64,000 nucleotides of DNA. Origin: Planctomycetota bacterium. Its GTDB lineage: Bacteria; Planctomycetota; OFTM77. Under the pieces are notes generated by a model, which saw only the letters and a program-made list of their open reading frames with translations, was not told the DNA's origin and searched no databases. The translations under genes were made by a program, and so were the position numbers. Where the stretch lies: positions 877 to 64,876 of the forward strand of contig JAJDCO010000092.1 of NCBI GenBank assembly GCA_029260795.1. The letters run 5' to 3'. Positions 38,934 through 49,700 of the stretch are shown piece by piece; positions within the stretch are counted from its first letter, which is position 1; each line of letters begins with the position of its first letter.

Positions 38934-41807
38934 GTGAGTCGAAAACTTCAACTGTCCCGATGGGGACTCGCCGTGGCCGCGTTTGCGGTACTCGGGATCC
39001 CGACGGCCCACGCGCAGACGCCCCCTCAAGCGGCGCAGCCGAGCCCGGCCGCGGCGCGACCCCAGCCCAAGCCCAAGCCCAAGCCGGATTTCCCTCCGCA
39101 CGCCGAGGTGCTCAAGGGCTACGAGAAAGTCGTCTCGACCGCCGATGGCAAGCGCAGCATGTACTCGCTGTACGTGCGCAAGAAGGATGGCCAGACGATG
39201 GCCGAGCTGCCCGGCAACTTTGCGAGCCAGAAGTACTTTTTCGCCATGACGGTGGGCAGCGGTGAGACGTATGCCGGCCTCCAAGCAGGAGACATGTACG
39301 TCTACTGGCGGCGCTACGACAAGCGCCTCGCCCTGATCCAGCCCGAGATGAGCATGCGGTCGACGGGCGATCGGGAGTCGAAGAGCTCGGTCGATCGCCT
39401 CTTCACGGATCGGGTGCTGCTCGACGTGCCGATCGTCACGATGGGTCCCAGCGGTGGTCCCGTCATCGACCTCGACGAGCTGCTTCTCGCCAACGCGACT
39501 CAGTTCTTCGGCTACTCGGCGTCGGGCGTCAATCGTCGCCTCGCGTCGCTGGAAAAGGCCAAGGCCTTCCCCGAGAACATCGAGGTCGCCTACGAGGTGC
39601 CGACCGCGGGCGGTGTGCTCAAGATGCTGTACTACTCGATCAGCGTCGTTCCGGACAAGAACGGTTACCAGTCACGCGCCGCCGATGAACGAGTCGGCTA
39701 CTTCACGACCGAGTACACGGATCTCGGTAAGTACAAGCGCGACGACGTGTCGGTGCGGTTCATCAACCGCTGGCGCCTCGAGAAGGCGGACCCGAAGCTG
39801 AAGCTCAGCCCGCCGAAAGAGCCGATCGTCTTCTACATCGAGCATACGACGCCGATCCGCTATCGCCGCTTCGTGCGGGATGGCATCCTCTATTGGAACA
39901 AGGCGTTCGAGGCCTGCGGCATCGATCAGGCGATGGTCGTCCACTATCAGGACGCCGCCACCGGTGCTCACATGGAGAAGGACCCCGAGGACGTTCGCTA
40001 CAACTTCGTTCGGTGGCTGAACAACAACATTGGCACCGCCATCGGCCCCAGCCGCGTGCACCCGCTGACGGGCCAGATCCTCGATGCGGACATCATCCTC
40101 ACCGACGGCTGGATCCGCTCGTTCGAGCGCACCTTCAGCGTCATGCTGCCGAAGGCGGCCGTCGAGGGCTTCGGCCCCGACACGCTCGCGTGGCTCGACC
40201 AGAACCCGCAGTGGGATCCGCGGATCCTACTGGCGCCGCCGCATGAGCGGGCGACGCTGCTGCATGAGCGTGCCCTGCGGGGACCGCAGCCTTTCGGGGG
40301 CCACGCGATGGCCAACGTCCGGACCGAGATGCTGGGTGACGACGAGTACGACGGCCTCGTCGATCGCGTCAGTCAGGTCAATGGCTACTGCATGGCAGCG
40401 GATGCCAAGTCCTTCGACCTGGCGCTGCTCCGCATGACCATGGCCATGGTCGACGATGACGACGATGAGAAGAAAGAAGGCGAGAAGAAGGACGGGGAGA
40501 AAGAGGAGGACAAGGAGGACATGCTCGACGGCATGCCCGCCAAGTTCATCGGTCCTCTGCTCGCCGATCTGGTCGCTCACGAGCTGGGCCACACGATCGG
40601 TCTGCGGCACAACTTCCGCGCCTCGGCCTTGTATACGCTCGACGAGATCAACAGCGACAAGGTGCACGGCAAGCCGTTCACCGCGTCCGTCATGGATTAC
40701 AACCCCGTCAACATCAACATGGAAGACGGCAAGATCCAGGGCGACTTCGCGATGACCGACATCGGTCCCTACGACATGTGGGCGATCGAGTACGGCTACA
40801 GCTTCGACAACAAGGCGCTGCCGAAGATTCTCGAGAAGTGCACGGCTCCCGAGCACCAGTACGCGACCGACGAGGACACGTCGGGACCCGACCCGCTGGC
40901 TCGCCGCTACGACTTCGCGGCCGACCCGCTCGACTTCGCCAAGAGCCAGGTCAAGCTCGCTCACTGGCACCGCGAGCGCATCCTCGATCGCTATGTCGAG
41001 AAGGGAGACCCGTGGAGCAAGGCGCGCGAAGGCTACCAGCTCACGCTCGGCATGCAGACGCGATCGGCCAGCATGATGGCCAACTGGCTCGGTGGCTCGT
41101 TCCTGCATCGACGCCACAAGGGCGATGGCGACGACGTGCCGCCTGTCCTGCCCGTGCCGGCCAGCCAGCAGCGGCAAGCCCTCGACTTCATCATTCAGCA
41201 GACCTTCTTCGACGAGGCCTTTGGTCTCACTCCGAAGCTTCTGCAGCACATGACGAGCGACAAGTGGGGCCGTCAGGCGGCCTCGGCCGACTGGCAGGTG
41301 CACGACACCATCATGAACACCCAGTCGTCGACCCTCACCATGATCATGAACCCGACCACCCTGCGTCGGATCTATGACAATGAGGTGCGCCTCGGCTCGG
41401 GTCAGGATGCGCTGACGCTTCCTGAGCTCATGACCAAGGTGAAGGATGCGATCTGGAAGGAGCTGTCCAGCCACGGCGGCACCTCGTCGGCCAACGAGCC
41501 GATGATCTCGAGCTTGCGGCGCGGCCTCCAGCGTCAGCATGCCGAGCGCTTGATCGCCTTGATCGAGCCCGGTGATTTCGCCGGCGCGGCCAGCCTGGCG
41601 ATCTCGACCTTGGCTCTCCAGCAGGTCCGTGACCTGCAAGGTGCGATCAGGAACGTCAGTGTCGACTCCGTCGACGCCTACACTCAGGCCCACCTGAACG
41701 ACATCCGCACGCGACTCGAGAAGGCTCTCGACACGCAGTACACGCGGTCCGTCGGAGGCTCGGGTGGCGCCTCTTCGATCGGCGGGTTCTTCTTCCGCGA
41801 CAAGTAG
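38934..41807 (+). CDS. secreted zinc-dependent metalloprotease (EcxA-like, DUF5117/DUF4953)
   Basis: Signal peptide, RAADERVGYF, PKEPIVFYI, HELGHTIGLRHNF...SVMDY metzincin motif. Confidence 0.92.
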   Translation: MSRKLQLSRWGLAVAAFAVLGIPTAHAQTPPQAAQPSPAAARPQPKPKPKPDFPPHAEVLKGYEKVVSTADGKRSMYSLYVRKKDGQTMAELPGNFASQKYFFAMTVGSGETYAGLQAGDMYVYWRRYDKRLALIQPEMSMRSTGDRESKSSVDRLFTDRVLLDVPIVTMGPSGGPVIDLDELLLANATQFFGYSASGVNRRLASLEKAKAFPENIEVAYEVPTAGGVLKMLYYSISVVPDKNGYQSRAADERVGYFTTEYTDLGKYKRDDVSVRFINRWRLEKADPKLKLSPPKEPIVFYIEHTTPIRYRRFVRDGILYWNKAFEACGIDQAMVVHYQDAATGAHMEKDPEDVRYNFVRWLNNNIGTAIGPSRVHPLTGQILDADIILTDGWIRSFERTFSVMLPKAAVEGFGPDTLAWLDQNPQWDPRILLAPPHERATLLHERALRGPQPFGGHAMANVRTEMLGDDEYDGLVDRVSQVNGYCMAADAKSFDLALLRMTMAMVDDDDDEKKEGEKKDGEKEEDKEDMLDGMPAKFIGPLLADLVAHELGHTIGLRHNFRASALYTLDEINSDKVHGKPFTASVMDYNPVNINMEDGKIQGDFAMTDIGPYDMWAIEYGYSFDNKALPKILEKCTAPEHQYATDEDTSGPDPLARRYDFAADPLDFAKSQVKLAHWHRERILDRYVEKGDPWSKAREGYQLTLGMQTRSASMMANWLGGSFLHRRHKGDGDDVPPVLPVPASQQRQALDFIIQQTFFDEAFGLTPKLLQHMTSDKWGRQAASADWQVHDTIMNTQSSTLTMIMNPTTLRRIYDNEVRLGSGQDALTLPELMTKVKDAIWKELSSHGGTSSANEPMISSLRRGLQRQHAERLIALIEPGDFAGAASLAISTLALQQVRDLQGAIRNVSVDSVDAYTQAHLNDIRTRLEKALDTQYTRSVGGSGGASSIGGFFFRDK

Positions 41808-41837
41808 GCGGAAGAGACGAGTCGATCACCGAATCGA

Positions 41838-41872
41838 AGAAGCGGGTCGAGGCAACGCCTCGGCCCGCTTCC
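41838..41872. terminator. hairpin terminator between convergent genes
   Basis: GAAGCGGGTCGAGGC-AAC-GCCTCGGCCCGCTTC. Confidence 0.6.
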
Positions 41873-42135
41873 ATTGGTTGTGAGGATCCTTCGCGCACGG
41901 GCCGTCGTGCCCGGCTCGTCACGCTGGCAGCACGACGTGTCAGACGAATCCGAAGCCGCAACACTCGATGTCAGGTCGTGGGAACAGAGACCCGAACGGA
42001 GCTCGTCGAGTCGACGAGCGATCTCGTGCCGCCCAGGCGGGCCGCTTCTCGCACGACCTTCCAAAGTGAGAGAGCGGTCTCGGGCTCGCTCCCCTCGTCT
42101 GCAACGTTGGAAGATGATCGTGCTGGGCGCGGTCT

Positions 42136-43665
42136 CTACAGCGCCTTCGCAGCCAGCCAGCCGGGGACACCCGTGAGGCCGCCGCCGGGATGGCAGCTGC
42201 TGCCGCCCACGATCAGGCCTTCGATCGGCGTACGGTAGTGGGCACAGTCGAAGACGGGGCGCAGGAACGCCAGCTGGTCGAGGGCGTGCTCACCGTGATA
42301 GAGATGGCCCCCTGTCAGTCCGAGCTCGCCTTCGAGGTCGGCGGGTGAGAGTACTTGGCGGGCGACGATGCGCTTCTTCAGCCCGGGAGCGTACTCGGCC
42401 AGCGTGTCGACGACTCGGTCTCCGAGGGTGACGCGGGCCGCATCCGTCCAGCCGCCTTCGAGGTCGTAGGGAGCGAACTGCGCCAGGATCGAGACGACGT
42501 GGTGGCCCTTCGGGGCCAGTGAGCTGTCCTCCAGACTGGGAACCCACACGTCGAGGATCGGACGCTCCGAGATCTGACGGTACTTGACCGCATCGAAGGC
42601 ACGTTCGAGATCGTCGACGTGCTCGCCGGTCCGCATCCGCTCGAAGCTTCCCGGGCGAGTCGTGTTCTCGAGGGGGCCGGACAGGGCGAGGTGCACCTTG
42701 GCCACCAAGCCGCGGCTCCGGACATTCGCGATCCGTTCGGCGAACTCGACTCCGAGGTCCGCGGGGCGAATCAGCTCGAGGAAAGTCGTCTGGGCGTCAG
42801 TAGTGGCCAGGACGGATGCGGTCTCGATCGTCTCACCCGACTCCAGCTCGACGCCGCGGACGCGTCCGTTCTCCAACTGGAGGTGCCGGACGGGACATCC
42901 GGTTCGGATTTCGACTCCGGCCGCCTCCGCGCAACGGCGAAGCGAATCCACGAGGGCCGCGGGTCCACCGGCGACCGCTCGACCTCGCGTGAGCTCATCG
43001 AGCAGCCAGGTGGTGGTCGATCCCGCTGACCAGGGGCCCATCCACGTTCCGAGCAAGGCCGGAGAAGCCAGGAGCGCCTTCAGATGGGCTGACTCGAAGT
43101 GCTCATTGAGCCAATCCGCGATGCACATCGGGGCGATGCGCAACACCTCGATCATCGTCTCGGCCCCGAGTCGACGGAAGGCCCAGCCCTTCTTCAGCAT
43201 CTTGATCGCTTCGCCGAGCTCGCGTTTCGCGGGCGCCGGTGGAGGAGAGTCGAACAGGTCCTCGACGATGTGGCGAATCGAGTCCAAGAACGTCATCAGC
43301 CGGTGGTAGGGCTGGACGTCGGACGGGGAATGCTGCTGAAGCTCTTGCGCCATCGCCTCTCGGTTGGAGCTGAGCAGTACTCCTCGACCCTTGGCAGACA
43401 GGCCGAGCTCGGTCCGAGGTGTCTCTCGCCATTGGAGACCGTGCTGGTGCAGCTCGAGGGCGCGGGCGACGGCTGGTCGGAAACGATCGGTGTCGTGCAG
43501 GAGCCCGGGGACGCGATAGCCGTCCGCGATCTCGAAGGGTGCCGCGAGGCCACCCAGCCCGGAGCGCTTCTCGAGGAGTACCACCGATCGACCGTGGCGG
43601 GCCAGCGTCGCGGCGGCAGTCAGGCCGTTGTGGCCGCCGCCGATTACGATCACCTTCTCGGACAT
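42136..43665 (-). CDS. FAD-dependent oxidoreductase, phytoene dehydrogenase-like (PYROXD2-like)
   Basis: VIGGGHNGLTAA Rossmann motif, SLAPKGHHV, HPGGGLTGVPG. Confidence 0.9.
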   Translation of the reverse strand: MSEKVIVIGGGHNGLTAAATLARHGRSVVLLEKRSGLGGLAAPFEIADGYRVPGLLHDTDRFRPAVARALELHQHGLQWRETPRTELGLSAKGRGVLLSSNREAMAQELQQHSPSDVQPYHRLMTFLDSIRHIVEDLFDSPPPAPAKRELGEAIKMLKKGWAFRRLGAETMIEVLRIAPMCIADWLNEHFESAHLKALLASPALLGTWMGPWSAGSTTTWLLDELTRGRAVAGGPAALVDSLRRCAEAAGVEIRTGCPVRHLQLENGRVRGVELESGETIETASVLATTDAQTTFLELIRPADLGVEFAERIANVRSRGLVAKVHLALSGPLENTTRPGSFERMRTGEHVDDLERAFDAVKYRQISERPILDVWVPSLEDSSLAPKGHHVVSILAQFAPYDLEGGWTDAARVTLGDRVVDTLAEYAPGLKKRIVARQVLSPADLEGELGLTGGHLYHGEHALDQLAFLRPVFDCAHYRTPIEGLIVGGSSCHPGGGLTGVPGWLAAKAL

Positions 43666-43684
43666 CCGCGTCGTCTCCTCGTTA

Positions 43685-45271
43685 CTACACGCCGCCGGCG
43701 CGGAGCATCTCTCGCGCCGCCAGCCAGCCCGGCGCGCCCATGATGCCGCCGCCCGGATGCGTTCCGGAGCCACACATCCACAGATGGCGGACCGGCGTGC
43801 GGTAGCGAGACCAGTCGGCCGTGGGTCTCAAGAAGAAGAGCTGCTCGAGGCTGAGCTCTCCGTGGAAGATGTTGCCCTCGGTCAGCCCGAACTCTTGCTC
43901 GAGATCCCAGGGCGAAAGCACCTGGCGATGAAGGATGATGTCGCGGATGTCCGGGATGTACTCCTCGAGCGTATCGACGACCGTGTCGCCGAACGCCTCG
44001 CGCTTCTCGGGCCAGTGCTCGGGGCCCTCCTTGATGCGGTAGGGCGCATACTGGACGAAGCACGACATCACATGCTTGCCGGGCGGAGCGACGCTGGGGT
44101 CGGTGAGGGAGGGGATGACCACGTTGAGATACGGGCGCGTCGAGAACTCGCCGTACTTGGCCTGGTCGTAAGCGCGCTCGAGGTAGTCGATGCTCGGCGC
44201 GATCGCGATGTCGCCTCGAATGTGCGGACCATCACCGGGGCGGCACGTGAAGCTGGGCGCACGGTCGAGGGCCAGGTTGACCTTGCCCGAGCTGCCACGC
44301 ATCTTGAAGCGGCGGATGCGCTTGACCAGATCGGGATCGAGATGCTCCTCACCGACGAGACCTAGAAACGTCCGATGCGGATCGACACCCGACACGACGA
44401 CGTTGGCAGCGATCTCGTCGCCGTTCTCCAGGATGACGCCGGTGGCTTTCCCGCCTTCGATGCGGACACGCCCGATGGGCGCCTCGGTTCGAATCTCGGC
44501 GCCGAAATGACGGGCCGAGTCGGCGATCGCGTTGCTGATCGCCCCCGTGCCGCCCTTGGCGAAGCCCCACGATCGGTAGGCGCCGTCGATCTCTCCCATG
44601 TAGTGATGGAGGAGCACGTAGGCGGTTCCGGGTGAGCGCACACCTTGGAAGGTGCCGATGATGCCGCTGACCGACATCGGGGCCTTGAGCGCCTCGGACT
44701 CGAACCACTCGTCGAGGAAGTCCGCCGCGCTCATCGTCATCATCTTGGTCGCGAGGGCGAGACCCTCGGGCCCGAGCCCCTGGAATCGACGCCCGAGCTG
44801 AAGAAGATCGAGGAGCTGCGAGGGGTTCATCGAGCCGGGCGACGGCGGCACCATCTTGAGGATCGGCCGCACCAGCTGCCCCATGCGGACCATCGCGTGT
44901 CCGAACTGCGAGGCGCGCTCGGCGTCGCGAGCGCTGAACTTCGAGACCTCGGCGCGCGTGCGCTCGGCGTCGCCCCATCGGGCCAGGGAGCGACCATCGG
45001 GTAGGGGCAAGAAGGAGCAGTCGAGCGGCAGGATCTCGAGCCCGAATCGCGGGAGCTGAAGCTCGCGAATGATCTCGGGTCTGAGCAGGCTGACCACGTA
45101 GGAGCAGACCGAGTACTTGAAGCCCGGATAGATCTCCTCGGTCACGGCCGCGCCGCCGAGGACGTGTCGTCGCTCGAGCACCAGGACCTTGCGGCCGGCT
45201 TTGGCGAGCACGGCCGCCGAGACCAGGCCGTTGTGGCCGCCACCGATGATGATCGCGTCGTAGTGGGCCAT
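43685..45271 (-). CDS. FAD-dependent oxidoreductase, phytoene dehydrogenase-like (PYROXD2-like)
   Basis: IIGGGHNGLV, GGAAVTEE, GLTEGNIFHGEL, GTHPGGGIMGAPG. Confidence 0.92.
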   Translation of the reverse strand: MAHYDAIIIGGGHNGLVSAAVLAKAGRKVLVLERRHVLGGAAVTEEIYPGFKYSVCSYVVSLLRPEIIRELQLPRFGLEILPLDCSFLPLPDGRSLARWGDAERTRAEVSKFSARDAERASQFGHAMVRMGQLVRPILKMVPPSPGSMNPSQLLDLLQLGRRFQGLGPEGLALATKMMTMSAADFLDEWFESEALKAPMSVSGIIGTFQGVRSPGTAYVLLHHYMGEIDGAYRSWGFAKGGTGAISNAIADSARHFGAEIRTEAPIGRVRIEGGKATGVILENGDEIAANVVVSGVDPHRTFLGLVGEEHLDPDLVKRIRRFKMRGSSGKVNLALDRAPSFTCRPGDGPHIRGDIAIAPSIDYLERAYDQAKYGEFSTRPYLNVVIPSLTDPSVAPPGKHVMSCFVQYAPYRIKEGPEHWPEKREAFGDTVVDTLEEYIPDIRDIILHRQVLSPWDLEQEFGLTEGNIFHGELSLEQLFFLRPTADWSRYRTPVRHLWMCGSGTHPGGGIMGAPGWLAAREMLRAGGV

Positions 45272-46458
45272 CAGCTTCTCCGGCGTTCAGGATCGAAGAA
45301 CGGCCGGTCGACGACCGTGGCCGGAATCGTGTGTCGCCTATACTCCACCGTCGTCTCGATCTCGATGCGCGTTCCGACGCGATCGTATCCGCGGCGAACG
45401 GTGGCGAGCGCCAGGTTGCGCTTGAGCGTCGGCGACCAAGTACCGCTGGTCGCTTGCCCGATCTGCCGCTTGCCGTCGTAGAGGGGGGCGGCCGTCCGCC
45501 ACGCGTGCGTCGCGAGCGAGGGAGGCAAGCCATGCCGCTCGTAGAGAGCTTCCAGAGCCGTCCAGCTCACATCGAGCCCGACCAACGCCCACTCGGATCC
45601 GCGCTCTTTCTCGGCCCGCAGTGCGGCTTGACCGATGAACGGCTCGCGGTCGAGCTGCACCATCCATCCGAGACCGATCTCGTAGGGCGAGGACTTTTGA
45701 GCGTCGATCAGGCAGCGCGGTGCGCTCTTGTAGTCGATACCCAAGAGTAGGTAGCCCGCCTCGATGCGTGTGACGTCGAGGGCATCGAGGCCCGCCGGCA
45801 CGATGCCGTAGGCGCGCCCCTCCGTCATCAGGGTGTCCCAAACCGGGAGAGCGTGCTCCGCTTCCACCCACACCTCGTAGCCGAGGTCTCCTGTGTAGCC
45901 CGTCCGGCTCACCAAAACGTCGCGGTCAGCCAGTCGAGCCGAGGTGAGGCCGAAGTAGCGCAAGCCGGTCAGGTCGGTGCCGGTCACGGCCGAGAGGATT
46001 GCGCCCGAGCTGGGACCCTGGAGAGCCAAGACGCCATAGCGGTGGGTCGTCTCCTCGACGCTCACGTCGTAGCCGCGGCGATTCTGCTCGAGCCACCACA
46101 GCTCGGGCTCCCCGGTCGTGACGCGATACGCGTCTTCGTCGAGGCGAGCGATCGTCCCGTCGTCGATCACGTGACCTCGATCGTCCACCCAGCAGCAGTA
46201 GACGACGCGACCGACGGCCAGCTTGTCGATACGGCGCACAGAGAGCCGCGAAAGGTAGGCGGCGGCGTCGGGGCCCCGCACGTCGTACTTGATGAGCGGC
46301 GAAGCGTCGAGCAAGCCGGCGGCATGTCGAAAGGCGAAGTACTCGCGCTCCACGGACGTGTCATACGAGCACACGGCGTGATATCCGGCCCACTCCTTCC
46401 AACGGTAGCTCGTGCACAGCGCCGCAGTGCGCTCATGGAAGGGAGAATGACGAGACAT
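45271..46458 (-). CDS. GcvT-like folate-binding aminomethyltransferase family protein
   Basis: AGLLDASPL, VIDDGT, ALQGP, SRTGYTGDLGYEVW, LDVTRIEAG, PFFDP. Confidence 0.92.
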   Translation of the reverse strand: MSRHSPFHERTAALCTSYRWKEWAGYHAVCSYDTSVEREYFAFRHAAGLLDASPLIKYDVRGPDAAAYLSRLSVRRIDKLAVGRVVYCCWVDDRGHVIDDGTIARLDEDAYRVTTGEPELWWLEQNRRGYDVSVEETTHRYGVLALQGPSSGAILSAVTGTDLTGLRYFGLTSARLADRDVLVSRTGYTGDLGYEVWVEAEHALPVWDTLMTEGRAYGIVPAGLDALDVTRIEAGYLLLGIDYKSAPRCLIDAQKSSPYEIGLGWMVQLDREPFIGQAALRAEKERGSEWALVGLDVSWTALEALYERHGLPPSLATHAWRTAAPLYDGKRQIGQATSGTWSPTLKRNLALATVRRGYDRVGTRIEIETTVEYRRHTIPATVVDRPFFDPERRRS

Positions 46459-46719
46459 GGACCGAAGCTCGGGAGGGGTCAGGGTTGACGGGAAGTTCGC
46501 CCCAGAATGCGAACGAGAGGCCAGAGACTACGCGGTCCCGACGGGAGGCTCAAGGACCGAGTGTGTTCTCGTTGTGCGGGAAGGCTGGATCGAATGCGAA
46601 GTGTCGGGGAAGGCGATCTTCAGCTTCCTCCGAGTCGGGCGAGGCTCGGAACTCGCGGGCTCAGCATCGGGAACGTACTCTGGGGGTAGGCCGAAGCTCA
46701 CTCCAGCGAGGAATCCCTC

Positions 46720-49700
46720 ATGTGCCGAACGTCGACCGCCGCGTCTCTCTTTGCCCTCCTCCTGCTCGCCGGCCCGACTCGGGCGGACGACGGCGTCTTC
46801 GAGGACGCTCGACTCGGTGTGCGCTTCTCGGTGCCCGAGGGCGACTGGAAGCGAACGGAGGGCGAGAGCGGGTCGAGCCGCTACGTGCTGTTCGAGCGCC
46901 GAGGAGCGGAGCGGTCTCGCATCGCGCTGCAATTCTGGCCGCAAGAGGGAGACGAGCGGTCTCTCGATGATTGGTGCGATCAAGAGCTGAGCTTCGACCG
47001 CACGACTCAGCGCGTCGAGGAGATTGTGCGTGAGCCGAGGACCGTTGGTAGTGAGAGCGCTCGAGCGACGCGCTATCGCACGGGTGCCGGCGACGATCGC
47101 GCCAGCGTCGATGCGACCTACCTGAGGCACCGGGGCTCCGTCTTTCGGGTCTCGGTCTCCGCTCCCGCGGCGCAGGAAGGTGAGCTGCCGGCGCTGGTCG
47201 CGGCCGCTCTCGACGGCCTCGAGTGGATCGCCATCGAAGCGGAGGCTTCGCCGCCTCCGCTGGAGCTTCTCGAGCCGATTCCGGGAAACGTGCTGACGGT
47301 GGTCCATGCGGGTGGAGTCGACGCACCGTACCGATACCTCGAGGCGCTTCCCGGCGCGGCCGCCACAAACGGTGGCCTGCCGATCGTGCTGCTGGTCGAC
47401 GGTCAGCTCTCGTCGATGGCTCGGACGTTCCTACGTCAGTATCGACCGTCGGAGATCCACCTCGATGGCGAGCCGCTCTCCGAGCTGCCGAGCGCCACTC
47501 AGGTCGAGAGAGCTTGGGGTGTCGGCGGACCGGTCGTGGTCACGGCCCGTACTCTGACCGACGCGGTTCCCGCCGCCGCACTCGCGACCCGCTGGGGCGT
47601 GCCGCTGCTCGTCTCAGGCGCGGCGCTCGCCGATCGCTTGGCCCGCCAGGCGCCCTCGAAGATCTGGGTGGCCGGCTCGGTCGAGCTTCCAGATGGCATC
47701 GAGGGCATCCGGCTCGGGGATGCGCACGACATCGCGGGGCACGCGGGGGGGGAGTATGTCGCCCTGTGCAACCCGGGCTCGGGTGCCGGCCGCGAGATCG
47801 CCGTCTTCGCCGCTGCCTTGGCGGCGGCCCACGCCGGTGTGGTGTTGCCACTCGACGAGCCAGTCGGGCGACTCCGTGCGAAGCTGAAGCCGACCGAGAG
47901 CGTCCCCCCGGGGATGGCCGACTCGGGGGCCGACCGCTTCGTGGTCGGAGCGCTGCGCGTCGAGGGTGTGAGACGACTCGTCGCGGCGCCCGTTACGGGT
48001 GAGCTCCGCATCTCGGGAGTCACTTCCGATCGCTTTGGGCGGCCTCGATTCGACGTCAATGGGGACGGGCGTCTCTCGGCCGATGAGGAGCTGAAGGTCG
48101 GCTCGACCGTGCAGGTCCAAGGGAAGCCATTTGCCTTGACGGTGCGCTATCAGACGGCACTCGGTCATCCGGGGCTCGGTGAGGCGATTCTGCAGGCGCC
48201 CGATCCTGCCGAGATTCGCAAGTCGATCCGCGATTTCGCGCGGCGCCAGAAAGGGCTGACGCATCTGGCGATCGTGGGCACGCCGGATCAGATCCCGTTC
48301 GCTCTGCTCGAGTCCGACAGCTACTTCACGAGCCTGGACATCAAGCAGGAGATCGCGAGCGACGCGCCCTATGCGAACCTCGACCAGGACCCGTCCCTCG
48401 AGCTGGCGGTCGGGCGCGTGCTCACGGCAGACCTGATCAATGGATCCGCCGTGGTCGCGACGACGTTGGCGTATCCACGCTGCAGCGGTCCGTGGCGCGA
48501 GCGCGCTTCGGTGCTGGCGCCGGGATTCGAGAAGAGCGAGTCGCGTGGCGCGCTGCATTGGGTCTGGCCCGAGTCCGAAGCCTTGGCGCGCTCGGTCGTG
48601 GCCGAGCTCGCATCGGCGGGCATCGAGACCGACGCGTTCTTGCGGGACGACGTGGAGCTGAGCTCGGTCTTCGACTCGATGCGACAGGCGGGTTGGATCG
48701 GCCACATGAATCACGCGAATCAGGTCGCCTGGGGGATTCGCCCCGGTGCTCACATCGGAACCGCGGACATTCCGCCCCTCGAGGGGGCGCCGATCGTGTT
48801 CGGAACCGGCTGCACCTCGGCCGGGATCGATCTCGGAACACCTCTGTCTCAAACCTGGCCCGGTCGCTTCTTCGAGCGCGGCGCGGTGGCCTACCTCGGG
48901 AATACGCGGCCCGCGAGCCTCGGCTCCGAGATCGCGGTCCAGCGCTTGTTCGCCAAGCTGATGTCGGAGGACGGTGTCAGCCTGGGAGAGGCGTATCGCG
49001 ACGGTCGAAACCTGTTGGCCCACTTGCTCGAGCAGGGTCATTTCGATCCCGAGCTCGGCGCTCGCGGATTCGATTCCGGGATGTATGAGCGCCTGTGGAT
49101 GCAGTTCTACAATCTGAACCTGTTCGGCGATCCCGCACTGACTCCGCATCTCCCCGAGGCGCCCCCGACCGCGGTCCAGGTCTCCTTCGAGCCGAATGGC
49201 GATCGCGGATATCGACTGACGATCAACCGCCACAGCGACGAGCGGATCGACCCACTCCTCATCATGGCCGCCTCCGGCCAAGGCACGGCCCGCGAGGCCC
49301 AGCTCCTGACGGCCAACGGGCTCACCTATGGCTTCGTGCCGCACTTCTATCTGGAGCAAGGCGAGCTGTCGCCGCTCCGTCAGCCGCTGTCCGTTCCTCC
49401 GGGCGCTTGGGTCGACGTGGCCCTACCGCCTGAGGGAGAACGCCTCGAGCTCGAGCTAGTCGAGGGGGCACCGTGGGTCGAGAGAGGCTTCGTCGTCGAG
49501 GAGGATCCGGACGGGACGACGCGACTGCGCATGTTCGTGCCGTTGGCGTTCGCTCCGCTCGAGTCGGGAGCCGGCGAGCTCCTCTCCCGGGTGACCTACG
49601 ACGTACGGTTCTCGGGTCCGACCGGGCGACCGGTGCCGTCGCGTGTGCCAGGCACCTTCGTCGCGGCGACACCGGAGCGAGTGCACGCGACCGACGGCCG

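Noticed and set aside
40450-40520. Purine-rich low-complexity tract
   Set aside because: Encodes an in-frame D/E/K linker of the metalloprotease, not a separate element.
42136-45271. Carotenoid biosynthesis cluster
   Set aside because: No crtB/crtE neighbours. Coupling to a GcvT-like gene points elsewhere.
45271-46458. Glycine cleavage system gcvT
   Set aside because: No gcvH/gcvP adjacent and the sequence is divergent, so no gene symbol was assigned.
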